Numbered from the stretch's first letter, positions 24,096 through 36,847 are shown. The stretch: DNA of 64,000 bases from Amoebophrya sp. A120 (GCA_905178155.1 CAJINV010000008.1:1364001-1428000), one strand, 5' to 3'. Notes: generated from the sequence alone by a model not told the origin. Program-made: numbers and translations.

Positions 24096-25484
24096 TAATG
24101 TCAATTTCACTTGTTAAATTTTGGTTAATTTCCTAGTCGGCGAGATCGATCGTGGTAAGGCAAACGCCGCCACGAAATGCGCCCCGCTGAATAGCGGGCG
24201 AGAAATCTGCAAATACGCAGAGCAAGACTTGAGGCGCTGGCGCTCGATGAGCGTCCGCGTCTTTGCTCGACCACACCCTCCCGCCCCCGTCTCGCGTGGA
24301 CTGACATGTGCGCAGATTCTTGCTGCCGGACACATGACGCGTGGCAACTTGCCGACGCATGCGCCGCTGCTGCGCGCCGCTGTCTTGGTCGTGCCCGGGT
24401 GCGCCACTGGATGCGGCTGGTGCCCGTCTCACCTCAGCCCCTTGTGCGGTACTGGCTGCGACCCCTCCTGCAGGGAAAGAAATGAATCAACACCCGCTCC
24501 TCGCGGACCTTACTCACACGCGCGCGTAGCATCCGCGGCTCGCGGAGCTCGCGCGCACGTGCGTGCAAAGCGTTGCACGAAATCGATGGCATGGGATGCA
24601 GCCTGCTGTTGCAGGTGCTTGCCCATGATCTGCCCTGCGGGGGGACTCGTGGCCTGTGTCGTCACGCCCCCATGTGCATACTGGCTTGAGGTGTCGCGGA
24701 CGCCGAGCACATAACAAAGGGGCGCCTAGTTGTGGCTAGCGCGCGGCCCTTCTCAACAACTTTATCGAGCCTCGTCGACGCTGGAAATTAATGTCAATTT
24801 CACTTGTTAAATTTTGGTTAATTTCCTAGTCGGCGAGATCGATCGTGGTAAGGCAAACGCCGCCACGAAATGCGCCCCGCTGAATAGCGGGCGAGAAATC
24901 TGCAAATACGCAGAGCAAGACTTGAGGCGCTGGCGCTCGATGAGCGTCCGCGTCTTTGCTCGACCACACCCTCCCGCCCCCGTCTCGCGTGGACTGACAT
25001 GTGCGCAGATTCTTGCTGCCGGACACATGACGCGTGGCAACTTGCCGACGCATGCGCCGCTGCTGCGCGCCGCTGTCTTGGTCGTGCCCGGGTGCGCCAC
25101 TGGATGCGGCTGGTGCCCGTCTCACCTCAGCCCCTTGTGCGGTACTGGCTGCGACCCCTCCTGCAGGGAAAGAAATGAATCAACACCCGCTCCTCGCGGA
25201 CCTTACTCACACGCGCGCGTAGCATCCGCGGCTCGCGGAGCTCGCGCGCACGTGCGTGCAAAGCGTTGCACGAAATCGATGGCATGGGATGCAGCCTGCT
25301 GTTGCAGGTGCTTGCCCATGATCTGCCCTGCGGGGGGACTCGTGGCCTGTGTCGTCACGCCCCCATGTGCATACTGGCTTGAGGTGTCGCGGACGCCGAG
25401 CACATAACAAAGGGGCGCCTAGTTGTGGCTAGCGCGCGGCCCTTCTCAACAACTTTATCGAGCCTCGTCGACGCTGGAAATTAA
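24096..25484. repeat. Apparently exact tandem dimer of a 693-bp GC-rich unit; putative non-autonomous element
   Basis: Units 24096-24788 and 24789-25481 give identical ORF translations in the track; TAA at all three junctions; inverted repeat GGTTAATTTCC (24123) / GGAAATTAACC (25476). Confidence 0.9.
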
Positions 25485-25879
25485 CCTGATGTTTTTGAAA
25501 AAACAGGTCCATTGGCGAAGAAGACTTATTTAAGTCGTTCCCTCGTCGCGACATACGCAAGAACCTGGTCGACGTCGTTGGACGCCAGCTGTGCGCCCAT
25601 ATTCATTTTCGCTGCAGCTACCCCTAGCAGCTCGTGAAAATTACCGCACGTTCTTGTTTAGGCGAGCTGCTTTAATAAGGGAGCTACAATTCTTTTGAGT
25701 AGGTGTTTATTTTGCTTGTCATCGCAGACGCAGGAGGTGGTATGCGCGCGATCACACCTGCAACTGCACGACTGACACTGAATCAAGGTTGAAGCAGCGC
25801 GTCCCCTGTTCATCCCAGAAACCAAAACCGCGCGCCACGACTAAGCCTAATCTGATCCAATCGACCAGACCGGTTGGAC

Positions 25880-28864
25880 ATGTCTTTGTCGGCGATGCCG
25901 CGCACTTCGCGCGCAGGCAAGGAGGAGAGGCGCAATCCCGGAATCAATCGGGCTCCGGAGCTGCCGCTAAAGAAGGTGACGCTGTACAAGAACAACCTGG
26001 CCCTCCACGAGCGCGAGGTTTTTACACCGGCGCACGACGAGAGTGCTAGCTTTACCCTCCGCATCCCCGCCAACCGCGCACCGTTGGTAAGTGACACACT
26101 TTCGTGCCGCTTCCAGCAAGGTCAAGAAACGAATCCCACAAGCGGCGTAGTGTCGGAATCTGGTACAACCTCCGCGAAGAACTCGGCGGTTTCTATCCGG
26201 CAGCGCAAGAGCGTGCAGAGCAATGCGTCCTCTTTTCAGCCGATTTCGCGACGCCGCGCGACAATCTCCGTGAGTGACCGCCTCGGGGATTTTTTGGAAT
26301 CCTGTCGCGGCGCAGAGGTGCGGGTGAAGCTAACCTCGTCGAGCACGAGCGCCACGGGTGGTCCTGGTGGACCGGCGAATGCAAGGAACTTGGGGACAAG
26401 TCCAGCCAACCCCCGCGGGGATGGGCTCGCGGAGGACCGCGAGGGCGCGATCATGATGATCGAAAAAGAAAAAGTGGTGCTTTATCCCCTGCAAAAGTAT
26501 CGTACTCGTACTAATTGCATTTATGCATTTTACAAATCCAGTACCTAAGGCAAATCCGCATTACAAATTCAATTGTAATGCTCAGCCAATTTGTATTGCA
26601 ATTTATACTAGTACGATGCTTTTGCATTTCATATGCACGGAGCCGGCACAACTGACCTCGTGACGGAAATGCGTCCGAAGACACTCGTGCTGTTTGAATC
26701 CGGCACTATCAGTCGAATTCCCTTGGAGCACGTGGAGTCGGTGTTTTTCGCGGAGGCCCGGCTGCGGGACGCTTTGTCGGCCATGCTATTCGATTGCGTT
26801 TCTCGGCACGATCTGGTTCTGGACGAAGACAAGCGGACCTGTTTTGACATTGAGGTTGCACCGGGGAACGCGTCGACTGCATCTGGTCCTCGCCTGGCGG
26901 AACAGACCCCGACCCCGACGAGTACTAGCAAGGAACAAGAAAACGAACCAGTGTCACTACTGCAGGTCACATACATTGACAGCGCCAAGGAGTGGAAGTG
27001 TAACTACCAACTGCGGCTCGACAGTCAAGCAACTGCAGGCACGAACAGTGCCATGGACCTCGAGATGTTCGCCCAGGTGATCAACAACAGCGAGGAAGAT
27101 TGGCGAGACGTCCAACTTTGTCTCATTGCCAATGAGCTGGAGCTATTGGTCGGCGGAAACAAGAGAGGCGTCGAGCAAGCTAGTGCATCGACATCTTCCG
27201 CCGAAAGCAATAAAGCGGTCATCGCCGCAAGTAGCTACTGCATCTTCATCAAAACTTTGACGGGAAAAACGTTTTCACTATTTACCGGAAGCTCGGATAC
27301 CATACAAATGGTAAAGGAGATGATCCAAGACAAGGAGGGCATCCCACCAGACCAGCAGCGCTTGATTTTCGCAGGTAAGCAATTGGAGGACCAGCGCACG
27401 CTAGGTGATTACAACATCCAGAAGGAGAGCAGCTTGCATCTAGTTTTGCGCCTGCGTGGCGGACCAGATGTTGAGGATGACGGCCCGGTGGATCCTCAGA
27501 GTACAACTTCCAGGCCCGTCGCTGCAAAAAAAGCAAAATCTTCCGATGATCATGAATACGAATCGCTGGACGCGCTGCAGACCAGTGAGTTGACCGAAAC
27601 AGTCGCCTACCAGCTGCCGCACTCCGTTTCCATCAACAGTGGCGAAACTGCGAGCGTGAAAGTGAACACGATCAAGCTGACCGGCGCGAAAGCTTTGGTG
27701 TATGATTTCAACGAGAATCCCTTGAACGCAGCCAAGGGAGTACACTTGTTCAACAAAGCTGAGGAACGAGACAGCGCGAACGCTGAGCAGGAACATCAAG
27801 GCGCTGTGGTCCTTGCGCCCGGACTGTTGACCATCATCGACAACGGCGTCTACTGCAACCAATCGCAGTTTGCGCCGATGACGCCGGACGACGACCAGAT
27901 CATAAAATACGGCTTCGATACGACGAACGCGATCGACCGGACGCTTACTGAGGAGAATACAGAAATTGTCCGCATTGACGAGCGTTCGGCCGGGGGCGAG
28001 AAGATGTTCGTGTTGGTTCACAAGAAAGTGAAAGTGTTCCGGTACTCGGTCAGTAACAATTCGAAAAAGCCAGTCCCCTGCCTCTACATCGACCACACGG
28101 CTAGTGCGCGGGACAACGGGTACTGCATTGGAAAAGTGGTCGAGGAGGACTTGGCAAGCAAAAACGTCGCAGTCGCAAAGCGCACGACCAACTTCGTTCG
28201 TTTCTGCGTCGCACTGGAGCCGCAACAGTCCGTGGAATTCACCGTCGCCGAGGTTGCGGGTGTCGAAGAGCGGCTGCAGCGTCCGCCGCAAGTGTCCGAC
28301 TTCTTGAAGGCGGCAGCGCGGCGGGAGGCGCTGGTGCAGAAAAAGGTGCTGACTGCGAGTATGGTGAAGGGCATGGAGCAGTTCGTGTTTCTGTCAAGAA
28401 AGCACAACTTGTTGGCGGAGAACTTGCAGTTTGGGATTGTCACCGACGCAGCCCTGCTGCGCGCCATCGAGAAGAACGAGGCGGAGTACGAGTTTTTGCC
28501 GACCCCCATCTACAACCTCTGCAAAGCGATCCGAGGAAGAGAGGTGGAAGCAGCGGGGATCCAGCGCGGAATTGAGGCCGATAATGAGTTCATTACGAAG
28601 CTGTTCACAGACCAGGAGCGGTTGCGCCAAAACATCGTCGCGCTCGAGAAAATGACAGCGAGCGAGTCCAAGGAGAAACTTGTTGCGCGCTACATGAACG
28701 ATCTGAATTCAATGGAAGACGCAGTGCGAACCAGGAGGGGTAACATCGCAGAGTTGGAGGCGAAGATGCAAAAGGTGAACGACACAAAGGCGTCGGTGAA
28801 GCTAGAGCTGAAACAAGCGGCTCTGGCAGAAAAGCAAAAAGTCGAATTGGAAAAGAAGCAGTGA
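25880..28864 (+). CDS. DUF4139/DUF4140-like protein with an internal ubiquitin domain and C-terminal coiled coil
   Basis: [46 protein letters not shown] (DUF4139-like); ubiquitin at 27236-27463 ending LRLRGG. Two ORFs are joined across the TIR insert 26483-26633. Confidence 0.75.
26483..26633. mobile_element. Introner-like TIR element (GCAAAAGTATCGTACT family)
   Basis: TATCCCCTGCAAAAGTATCGTACT ... AGTACGATGCTTTTGCATTTCATA; degenerate TSD TGCTT/TGCAC; contains an in-frame stop; closely similar to 36616-36765. Confidence 0.88.
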
Positions 28865-28938
28865 TTTTCACTGCGTACGTTGTACTTCGGTTTTTTTCGA
28901 ATCATGGCTGACCGCCATCATGGCTTCTGAGGACAACC

Positions 28939-29178
28939 TATGGTAGCGTCAGGATCGAAATCGACAAAATCGAAAAAAAATTATGGCAGTCCTTGGCGGG
29001 GGCCTTCAGGGCACCCCCTCCGGGACCCCTTTCGATTCTGACACACTCAAGCATACCGTCGCGGCTAGCTCGAAAAGGTCCGAGTGTGTCAGAATCGAAA
29101 TGCGAAATCCCGGCACCCCTCCAGGGGGCACTTGGATTTTTTTTCGATTTTGCGAATTTCGATCCTGACGCCTCCATA
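28939..29178. mobile_element. MITE of the TATGG-AGCGTCAGGA TIR family in a 3' UTR/intergenic position
   Basis: TIR TATGG(T/A)(A/G)GCGTCAGGATCGAAAT; perfect TSD CAACC; internal palindrome TTCGATTCTGACACACTC...GAGTGTGTCAGAATCGAA; TIR related to 58708-59017. Confidence 0.92.
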
Positions 29179-29847
29179 CAACCCGTAGACGTAGTAGAGC
29201 CTCTACTGCTCCATCTCTGCAACGACGGGAAAGAACTCCACGAGGCTGCCCGAGAAACGGCCCCGCACTATCGATGACTTAGACTTTTTTAAATGTTCGC
29301 TCCTAGCGTACTAGCGCATTTTTTTTCACGGTTCTAAAACGGACGTCGATTTCCACTTCAACTCACTGGAGTTGCTCTGTACGTGTACGAAACTTAAATA
29401 ATCGAACTACCCGCATCCATGACTCTGAAGATTCCATGTATGATCACAAAGGAGTCCGAGTCTCTCTTCGTGGTTTCAAATTCAAAGTGATGACGTTGAC
29501 CGAAAAGCAAAAGTAATGCGATAAAAAAGCCGGGCTCTTCCTGCTCGTGTCGAATCAAAACAAATGAGCAGTAGCGATCGCATTTGCGACAGGAGCTCGT
29601 GGAGTGTTCACCAGTTGGTCCGACGAGATGCAGGAGCTCCTCATGTTGTAGTCGGCCGGCCGGGATTGACACGACAAAGTATCAAGCTGTAGAGAATATG
29701 ATCTGCACAGGCTCGTAGCTTCTGAGACGATCATCGTGGCGAGTTGATACATGAAATTGTCCTACCTTCGCGCTGCACACGCGAAACTCATGATGCAGCA
29801 ACTTGAGCTTCTTTACGTCGTAGGAGTACGAGTAGGATCAGACAGAA

Positions 29848-31260
29848 ATGTCACCTCACACGCGGCGGCGCGGCGCCGAAGCAGATGAGGATGACGATGA
29901 TCGGAAAAGTCTTAGGAGACGCACGACCATGGTGGGTGGTCACACAAAACTTGACCTCCTTCTGGAGGCAGCTTGGAAAGATAAACGACCGTCACTTAGA
30001 ACCGTCGCGGAGTGTGCGCGCAGCGTGGCTGGAGAATGCATCAAGAATACGAATGACGACGAGGCAGCGACAGAAAATGCGAAAAATCCTCTGAAAAAGC
30101 TTTTCGAAGAGGACGAAGACGATCGGCTTTTTCTGAAGCAGTGTGGAGCCAAGCACGTGGCGCACTTCAGCCCGCAGCGAACGGCAAAACGCGTCATGGG
30201 TGTCGAAATTTCGGATGTCTTTATTCCGACTTCCCCTGCCGCGTGGAACTTCTCCAAGATTAAGCAGTTAGAGACAGAGGCTCTTCTTGTGGGCAAATCA
30301 GTAGAAGAAGACCTTCAGGAACCGGAATTCAAAGGGAAGGATAGGAAACTGGCCCCTTTGATGGAGTGGAACGACAATAGAGTTTACGTTCTTGCAAACC
30401 TCCACCCCATCGCGGCGCTGCACATTCTGTTGATACCGCAAGGCGTCGGAGAACAATTTCTCACCGCGGACGGTCTTTTGACAGCGCTGCAATTTGCGAG
30501 AAGAACGGCGCGCCTTCGGCTGACGTTTAACGGGATGGGGGCTGGGGCAAGCGTCAACCATTTGCACTGGCAGGGAGTTGCCTGGCCGCAGAAATGTGGC
30601 ATAGATTCGTTTCCCAGGAAGCCGGTGGTAAGAATATCAGACGGTAGTGGTGAAGGATCATCGGTTGTGGAAATATGCAGGATTCCTGGATGGCACTTAC
30701 ATTCCATGTGCGAGGTGCGACAGACTGTGGCTTCTAAATCTAAATCTGGGAAAGGATGCGGCCTTGAGATGTTGAACAAGACATCCTCAGCAGCGGATCG
30801 CCTACTCCACGCAGTCGTGATGCGGATTGTGACGAATATGCAACAGCGAAACGTGACGCACAATGTAACAGTTTATCCGGGAGGCCTTGCTGAGGAAAGC
30901 AACACACTGGAAGACATCAGCATCGACAGCCACGATGAACAAGTCGACAAAGCACTACGTCCGCAGGCGCAACTCCCGGCTTTACGTGTGATGGTAGCTG
31001 CGCGCGATTTTTTCTGCCCTCAGAGCAAAAACCCAGGAGCCATGGCCCTCGCGTCTTTGGAATCTTTGGGCCACTGGATCATCCCGAGCAGAGAGAACTT
31101 TGAGAGCGCAACTGAGCAGTCTTTAGATTCATTGATGGAGTCACTCAGCATTCCGGAAGAGGTTTTCAAGCATCAGATTCTAAATTTTGACGCTGACCAC
31201 GAAAATTTTCTTGTAGAGACGGTAGAAGAAGAAGGAGAAGCGCAAGGGAAAACAATGTGA
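29848..31260 (+). CDS. GDP-hexose phosphorylase (GDPGP1/VTC2 family, HIT-like)
   Basis: ANLHPIAALHILLIP, QFLTADGL, LTFNGMGAGASVNHLHWQG match the family signature (FNSLGA.ASVNHLHx[H/Q]). Confidence 0.8.
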   Translation: MSPHTRRRGAEADEDDDDRKSLRRRTTMVGGHTKLDLLLEAAWKDKRPSLRTVAECARSVAGECIKNTNDDEAATENAKNPLKKLFEEDEDDRLFLKQCGAKHVAHFSPQRTAKRVMGVEISDVFIPTSPAAWNFSKIKQLETEALLVGKSVEEDLQEPEFKGKDRKLAPLMEWNDNRVYVLANLHPIAALHILLIPQGVGEQFLTADGLLTALQFARRTARLRLTFNGMGAGASVNHLHWQGVAWPQKCGIDSFPRKPVVRISDGSGEGSSVVEICRIPGWHLHSMCEVRQTVASKSKSGKGCGLEMLNKTSSAADRLLHAVVMRIVTNMQQRNVTHNVTVYPGGLAEESNTLEDISIDSHDEQVDKALRPQAQLPALRVMVAARDFFCPQSKNPGAMALASLESLGHWIIPSRENFESATEQSLDSLMESLSIPEEVFKHQILNFDADHENFLVETVEEEGEAQGKTM

Positions 31261-31463
31261 GATATGCCACCGCCAGTACAGACCAATAAAATGTTACGCG
31301 AACTCCGACTGGTGTATCGGTTTTGAGTCCGCGAATCGAGCTGAAATCCGTTTTGCGCCACTCTTGTGTTTTATTCGCAGTCTGTAGTCGTGCTTCGCTA
31401 CTTCAAGAGCATGTTTACTCGTGAATTCTAATTCGTATTCGGGAATCTAAAACTAAATCTCGA

Positions 31464-31920
31464 GGATCTCCTCCCTGCAGAAGCCACATATTGAAGGATC
31501 AAAATACAAGCGTAAGACCCGAAGATCTATTGGCTCTCGAGATCACAAATCGCATCTGTTTTGGTCGTGGAAGTGGCGTCCTCGTCTTAATCGTTGTCGC
31601 ATTCGGTGCCTCGCTCTTTCCACGCGTGAGAACAAAGAGATCGAAGACTGGCCTGTAGATACATCTCCTCACTAACCGGAGATGCAAAATAAGATCAAAA
31701 GATGTTAGACAAGGCATTTCAGAAATTTAGCCTGACTGATCCGAGCCATCGCGATCTAAACGTAAACAAATGATTTTTGTGGTTCTTTCCGTGTAAATAC
31801 CAGAGCCGCATCCAGCTCCGCACCAAGAAGATCTTTTGTGTAAAATGCAAATTTAAGGATCCTGCACGTGACGCCAATGTCCGTGAAAATCTGGATCTTG
31901 AAATTTAAAGAAATTGATCT
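31464..31920 (+). promoter_or_regulatory. GATC-rich upstream region of RPL7
   Basis: About 12 GATC in ~460 bp versus ~2 expected at uniform base composition; similar clusters upstream of RPL13A and UTP23. Confidence 0.4.
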
Positions 31921-32055
31921 GATAGTCTAGTGCATGTCGAAGGTACCTTAGGGTTCAATTTGATTTTACGCACCGTACACAACCAACAGGGACCCTTGAA
32001 GGTAATCAAGGTATTTAGATTCGTCTACATCACACATAGGACCAAATCACTCAAA

Positions 32056-33206
32056 ATGGCCGAACGATTCTTGATCGGAGAGACCACCGCCCCGAAGGGC
32101 GTCGCGGTCCCGGAGAACCTGACCAAGAAGGTTGAGCGCAACGCCGCCCTGCTGAAGCAGAAGACTGCTGCCTTGGCTGAAATGAAGAAGGCCAACAAGG
32201 TCAAGCGCCACGACATGAAGATGCGCGCTTCCAAGTACGAAAAACAGTACCGCACGGACAAGGCCCAGCTGATCGCCCAGCGTCGTCTGGCCAAGGCCAC
32301 TGGTACATTTCTGTCTGAGAGGAGATCAACTTAGACATCATTTTGAAATTTCGGGTTGTAAAACACAACTAGTATCTCTGCTGCTTTTCGGACGCCCGAA
32401 AAATGCGATGAGACATGAATTTAAAATCAAAAAAACAGGTAACTTCTTCGTCGAGCCGGAGCCGAAAATGATGATGATTATCCGTATTACCGGTATCAAC
32501 AAGATGGCCCCGAAGCCCCGTAAGATCTTCAAGCTTCTGCGTCTGGACCAGCTGCACAAGGTGAGTCACTACTTTTTTGCTTTTTTAGAATGTCGATTTT
32601 TAGTTGTGTTGTCGTTTGGGACTGTAATACACTCAGCGAAAATAGGCAAACTCAGAGAGCTGCGAGTGAGAAGCATGACTGTCTGGTGCGTATCGGTCGG
32701 ACCAGTATTGTGTACAAGTGAATACGATTACGAAGTGGATAGAAAAAAAAACCGAGCGAATTATGTCCTCTGCATACCAACCGCAATCCTCTGACTCAAC
32801 CTAACTACAGGCCGTCTTCGTGAAGTGCACGAAGCCGATGATGAACATGCTGAAGTGCATCATGCCGTACGTGATCTGCGGTTACCCGAACTTGAAGACC
32901 GTGAAGGAGCTGGTCCTCAAGAAGGGGTTCGCCCGCGTCAACAAGGAACGCATCCCGTTGCAGGACAACGAAGTGATCTCCACCGCGCTCGGCAAGTACG
33001 GCATCCACGGTGTCGATGACCTGATCCACGAGATCTTCACGGTTGGCCCGAACTTCAAGCAGGCTAACTCCTTCCTGTGGGCTTTCAAGCTGTCCTCCCC
33101 GAACGGTGGCTTCGTCCTGAAGAAGCACGGCTTCCAGGAGCCGAAGGGCGGAGACTGGGGCAACCGTGAGGAGATGATCAACGAGTTGGTCCGCCGCATG
33201 ATGTAA
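32056..33206 (+). CDS. RPL7: 60S ribosomal protein L7 (uL30), 3 exons
   Basis: VPENLTKK, GNFFVEPEPK..IRITGIN, GYPNLKTVKELVLKKG, DLIHEIFTVGPNFKQANSFLWAFKL, GGDWGNREE. Exons 32056-32302, 32439-32560, 32811-33206. Confidence 0.96.
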
Positions 33207-34415
33207 GACAAGAAGCTCGAAGTTGCGACTTTAAAGTTCGTCTTTGGTCGAACTGTAACACGTGTTTGCCAGCTACAGTGGGTTGTGTTGTACACGGGAT
33301 AAAAACTACATCAATTCAGAGTATTTACAACGAAACCACACAAGAGCCGGACAGAGAGTGAACCATGATGTGTGAATCGAAGTGATGAATCTAAATCTTG
33401 AAATGAAAGCTACGAGCTCGCGCTCCACGTTTTGCCTGAGGTACTGGATGCCTCAGGCGTACTTGGTGTTTCTGCACGGCCATGATGTCGCGCGCTGTCG
33501 TGTTCTATTTTCATTCGTGTTATCGACGAGCGACAGCGAGACGTGTTGGAGAGTGAAAGGCAAATATGCATTTCTCCCCTCAGTATGGAGAGAGACTGAC
33601 TCGAGTTTCAACTCGTTCCACGCTTCTATGTGTTGTTCTTGAGAGGGTTTGTTTATGGTGGGAGGGACGATGCACGAGGAGCCGGGTCGTCATCACCGTC
33701 TTTTCCCTGCTGCACGAGTATATCAACATCCCTGATGCTAGAGCCTAGAGGCGACAGGAGCTCGCGTGTGTGCTCCTAGCACACTGGTAATATTTCAATG
33801 TATCCGTCGTCAATTCTGTGGTCGACATGTTACTGCTCTTCCTCATACTGCACTGGTGCCGGAAGCGGGTACTGGTTGCGTTTGAATGCTGCGGTGATCA
33901 TGTGCGTCGAGATGTCGGACGGTCACGGTGTCCGTATTGATAATGTCTTCTCGCCATCGGAGAATTCGTCCCTCGTCAACGGCTAGAATGTGAACCAGAG
34001 AGAACTAAAATTAAAAATTTGACCTAGAAACCCATGAGCATCGTAGTCGCTATCGCCCCCGCCATCATAGAAATATTTGTCGGGTCACGGGGATCGTATT
34101 CTATTGATTGTGAAATCACGACGTAATCCCTCGGGTTCTTCAACAGCCCTCTTTCCAACCTACATCCAAAATCTTCAAACTTGGCTATCGCAAGGAGAAG
34201 TTCGTAGAGGAAAATTGAAATTGAGTGAGTCCTGGTGGTTTTCTCCATAATCAAAGAGCCAGAGCAGAAAAACACATGCTGTTCGTATTGTTGTATTAGG
34301 TCGTATATGTGACAAACTCATATTCCCAGCCCGAAACATTTATGAAGTACAAGTTTGAAGAGAAAGTATGCGTATTTAGATAGTAACCTACTTAGACACT
34401 TGTAGCACATTGAAA

Positions 34416-36847
34416 ATGCCCAACGCGAAAAAGACTCCGCGCGAGACTGCAGCGGCCGTGCCTGCCGCGAAGAACAAGCCGATCCCGAAGACAAAGGAAG
34501 TGATGAAGTCAGCGGCGAAGAAAGCAGAGCCCGCTGCAGTCGTCGCAGACAACAAATCCATGAAGATTGTCCCGCCCATGAAAAAATTGGAGCAAAAGCC
34601 GGTGGAAAAGCCGAAGGAAGACAAAAAGCCGGCGAAGGGACAAGCACAACAAAAAGCCGTAATCAAAAACGCAGCGAATGCAAAAAAGCCGCCGACTGCT
34701 AGCAGCAAAAATCTTCAGAAACCTAATAAGGATAAGAAAGAAGATAAGCCAAAGGACAACGTAAAACCTCCGATGAAAATGGCCAAGGCTGCGAAAGGAA
34801 AAGTAGAAAAGGGCCAACAGCTCCCAGCCCCCGGGGAAGATGCCGACGACGACAAAAAGCCTGCAACGGAAGATGATGAGGATCCCCGCGACGACAAGGC
34901 GCATGGTCACGAGATCGAGGACGATAGACAGCCAGAGCCGGATGAAAAGGTAGAGCAGCAAGTAGAAGACAAAACTGCGGCTCAACAAGACCAAGACGAC
35001 AGTGATGACATGAAAATCGTCGATGTCGCACCGTCGAAGCGCGCGGAGCACAACGATAAACCACCGGCTACCACAAACACAAAGCCGACCGGTATCAGCA
35101 CCCGACCGGAACCATCTAGCGTCTTGCACGAAGCAGCAACGTCGAAGAAGGCGACCCTACTGCCGCCGGTCGCGCCTGTCAGCAGCACCGACGTTGGAAC
35201 GGGGGCCTCGTCGGGATCGGAACAACAGAAGCAGTGCGATCTAAAGACAAAACTGAAGTTGCGCACAATGGACGAGCCTGTCTTCCCACCAGCAGAGCGG
35301 CTATTGCCGCTGCACAGCGGACCAGACGACGTTCCCATGTGTGACGCGGTAAGTGTATAGTTTACTCTTTTGAAGAGCGAAAGCTTAAACTGCTATCCCT
35401 ACCTTACTACATCTTTGATTCATCCTTCTCGGGTACTTATCTTTGTACTAGCGCTGACCGAAAGTTGATCTCGCTGCAGATGCAGTGTTATGAGTGCCTC
35501 ACTGTCAGTGGGGCGATCCCGGCGTCATACTGCCTTAACTGCGTGGTCACTACGTCCACTGACTATATTGACCTCACCGCTGAAGTCGGCGCGAGGGTGA
35601 GAACACGTCGAATCTTATTTGGTTCCCTGCACATTTTACAGGACAAGCACGACAAAAAGGCGGAGACGGAAGAGGCACGAAGGATCAACGGTTGGTCCAC
35701 ACACCGAACCCGTCAGCTGGCGCAGGATAATAAAAAGTCCGAGATAATTTCCGATCTTCTGGCCCGCTGGTGGTTTGTGTTTCCGCAGTGGCCTCCGGAG
35801 AACTACGATTACAAGACTGCACTGAAAAAGAAAGGTAATGTTAGCCCTGCGCGTGCGCAGCTTTTCACAGCATTTATTTTCGCACAGCGCTGCTTTTCAT
35901 GAGCGTTTCAATTTAGCTAGAACTTTCAGTCATCTCGAACCGGATAGACCAACTCGGCGGGTGTTGCTGTTGCTTAGGTTTCGCTCCTGACATGATCATC
36001 GACACTTTCTCTCACGACCCTTAGGTTACCGCGAGGTCCCTGTGGCTAGCTGGCTGCAGGAAAAGCCGGTGGATGTGACCACCGGACTGGCAAAGGTGTA
36101 CCAATTGGAAAGTTTTCCGGGTTGTTTTCGCAACGGAACTGACCACGGTATCATCGACCTGCGACCGGCGAAGAGCTGTCCGTGCTTTCTCAATCTCCAA
36201 AAACTCTCCGTGCAAAAATTGATCTTCTACCTCAAGCGCGCGTACGAGAATCAGATGTTGGTTTTGCGGCAATATCAAATGTAAAAATGTCTGGGTCTGG
36301 AAGAATGCAAGATTTGTGATGCAGGTTGTGCATGGCCCATGAGGTCTGGAATGCGAGACCCAGCATTACAGATTTTTTGAGGTCTCTATCATGCCTTTCC
36401 TGCATGAGAAACTCCCTCTCAACTGAGTCAAAAGCGGACAGCTTTTGGCACTCACGCAACACAGATTTTTGCATCATTCGGATTTAGCATGACAAGTTCT
36501 AACCTTCCAGACCCAGACACTTTTGCACTTGATAGGCAAGTGGGCGGGGACGCGAACGAAAAACTCATCAAGGAGATTGCGAAAGATTTGCGCGACCTGG
36601 TGACGGCAAACGCTATATCCTGTGCAAAAGTATCGTACTCGTACTAATTGCAATCATGCATGACAAATCCTGTTTCTTAGCGAAATCAGCATTACAAATT
36701 TCATTTTTCCTTCTGGAAAAATTTGCAATGCAATTTATACTAGTACGATACTTTTGCAGTTCATACGCTACGAAGTACGACAATTCCGTCAGCGCCCCAT
36801 ACAAGAAGCAGATTGCGACCCACTTGAAGAAATTGTACGAAGACTGA
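34416..36847 (+). CDS. Hypothetical protein: Lys/Glu-rich N-terminus and a globular C-terminal domain (LLARWWFVFPQWPP..DLRP..CPC)
   Basis: Exons 34416-35348, 35642-35834, 36025-36272, 36540-36615, 36771-36847 give a continuous frame across two GT-AG introns and two TIR inserts. Confidence 0.75.
36273..36534. mobile_element. Introner-like TIR element (GGGTCTGG family)
   Basis: TIR TATCAA(A/G)TG(T/C)AAAA(A/G)TGTCTGGGTCTGGAAG; TSD GGCAA; interior is the reverse complement of 44363-44626. Confidence 0.93.
36616..36765. mobile_element. Introner-like TIR element (GCAAAAGTATCGTACT family)
   Basis: TIR core TGCAAAAGTATCGTACT; TSD CGCTA; removal gives TANATKYDN. Confidence 0.93.

Noticed and set aside
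24121-25407. Duplicated 197-aa ORFs in the tandem unit
   Set aside because: TTG start, Arg/Ala/Cys/Pro-rich composition typical of GC-rich non-coding DNA, no domain recognised.
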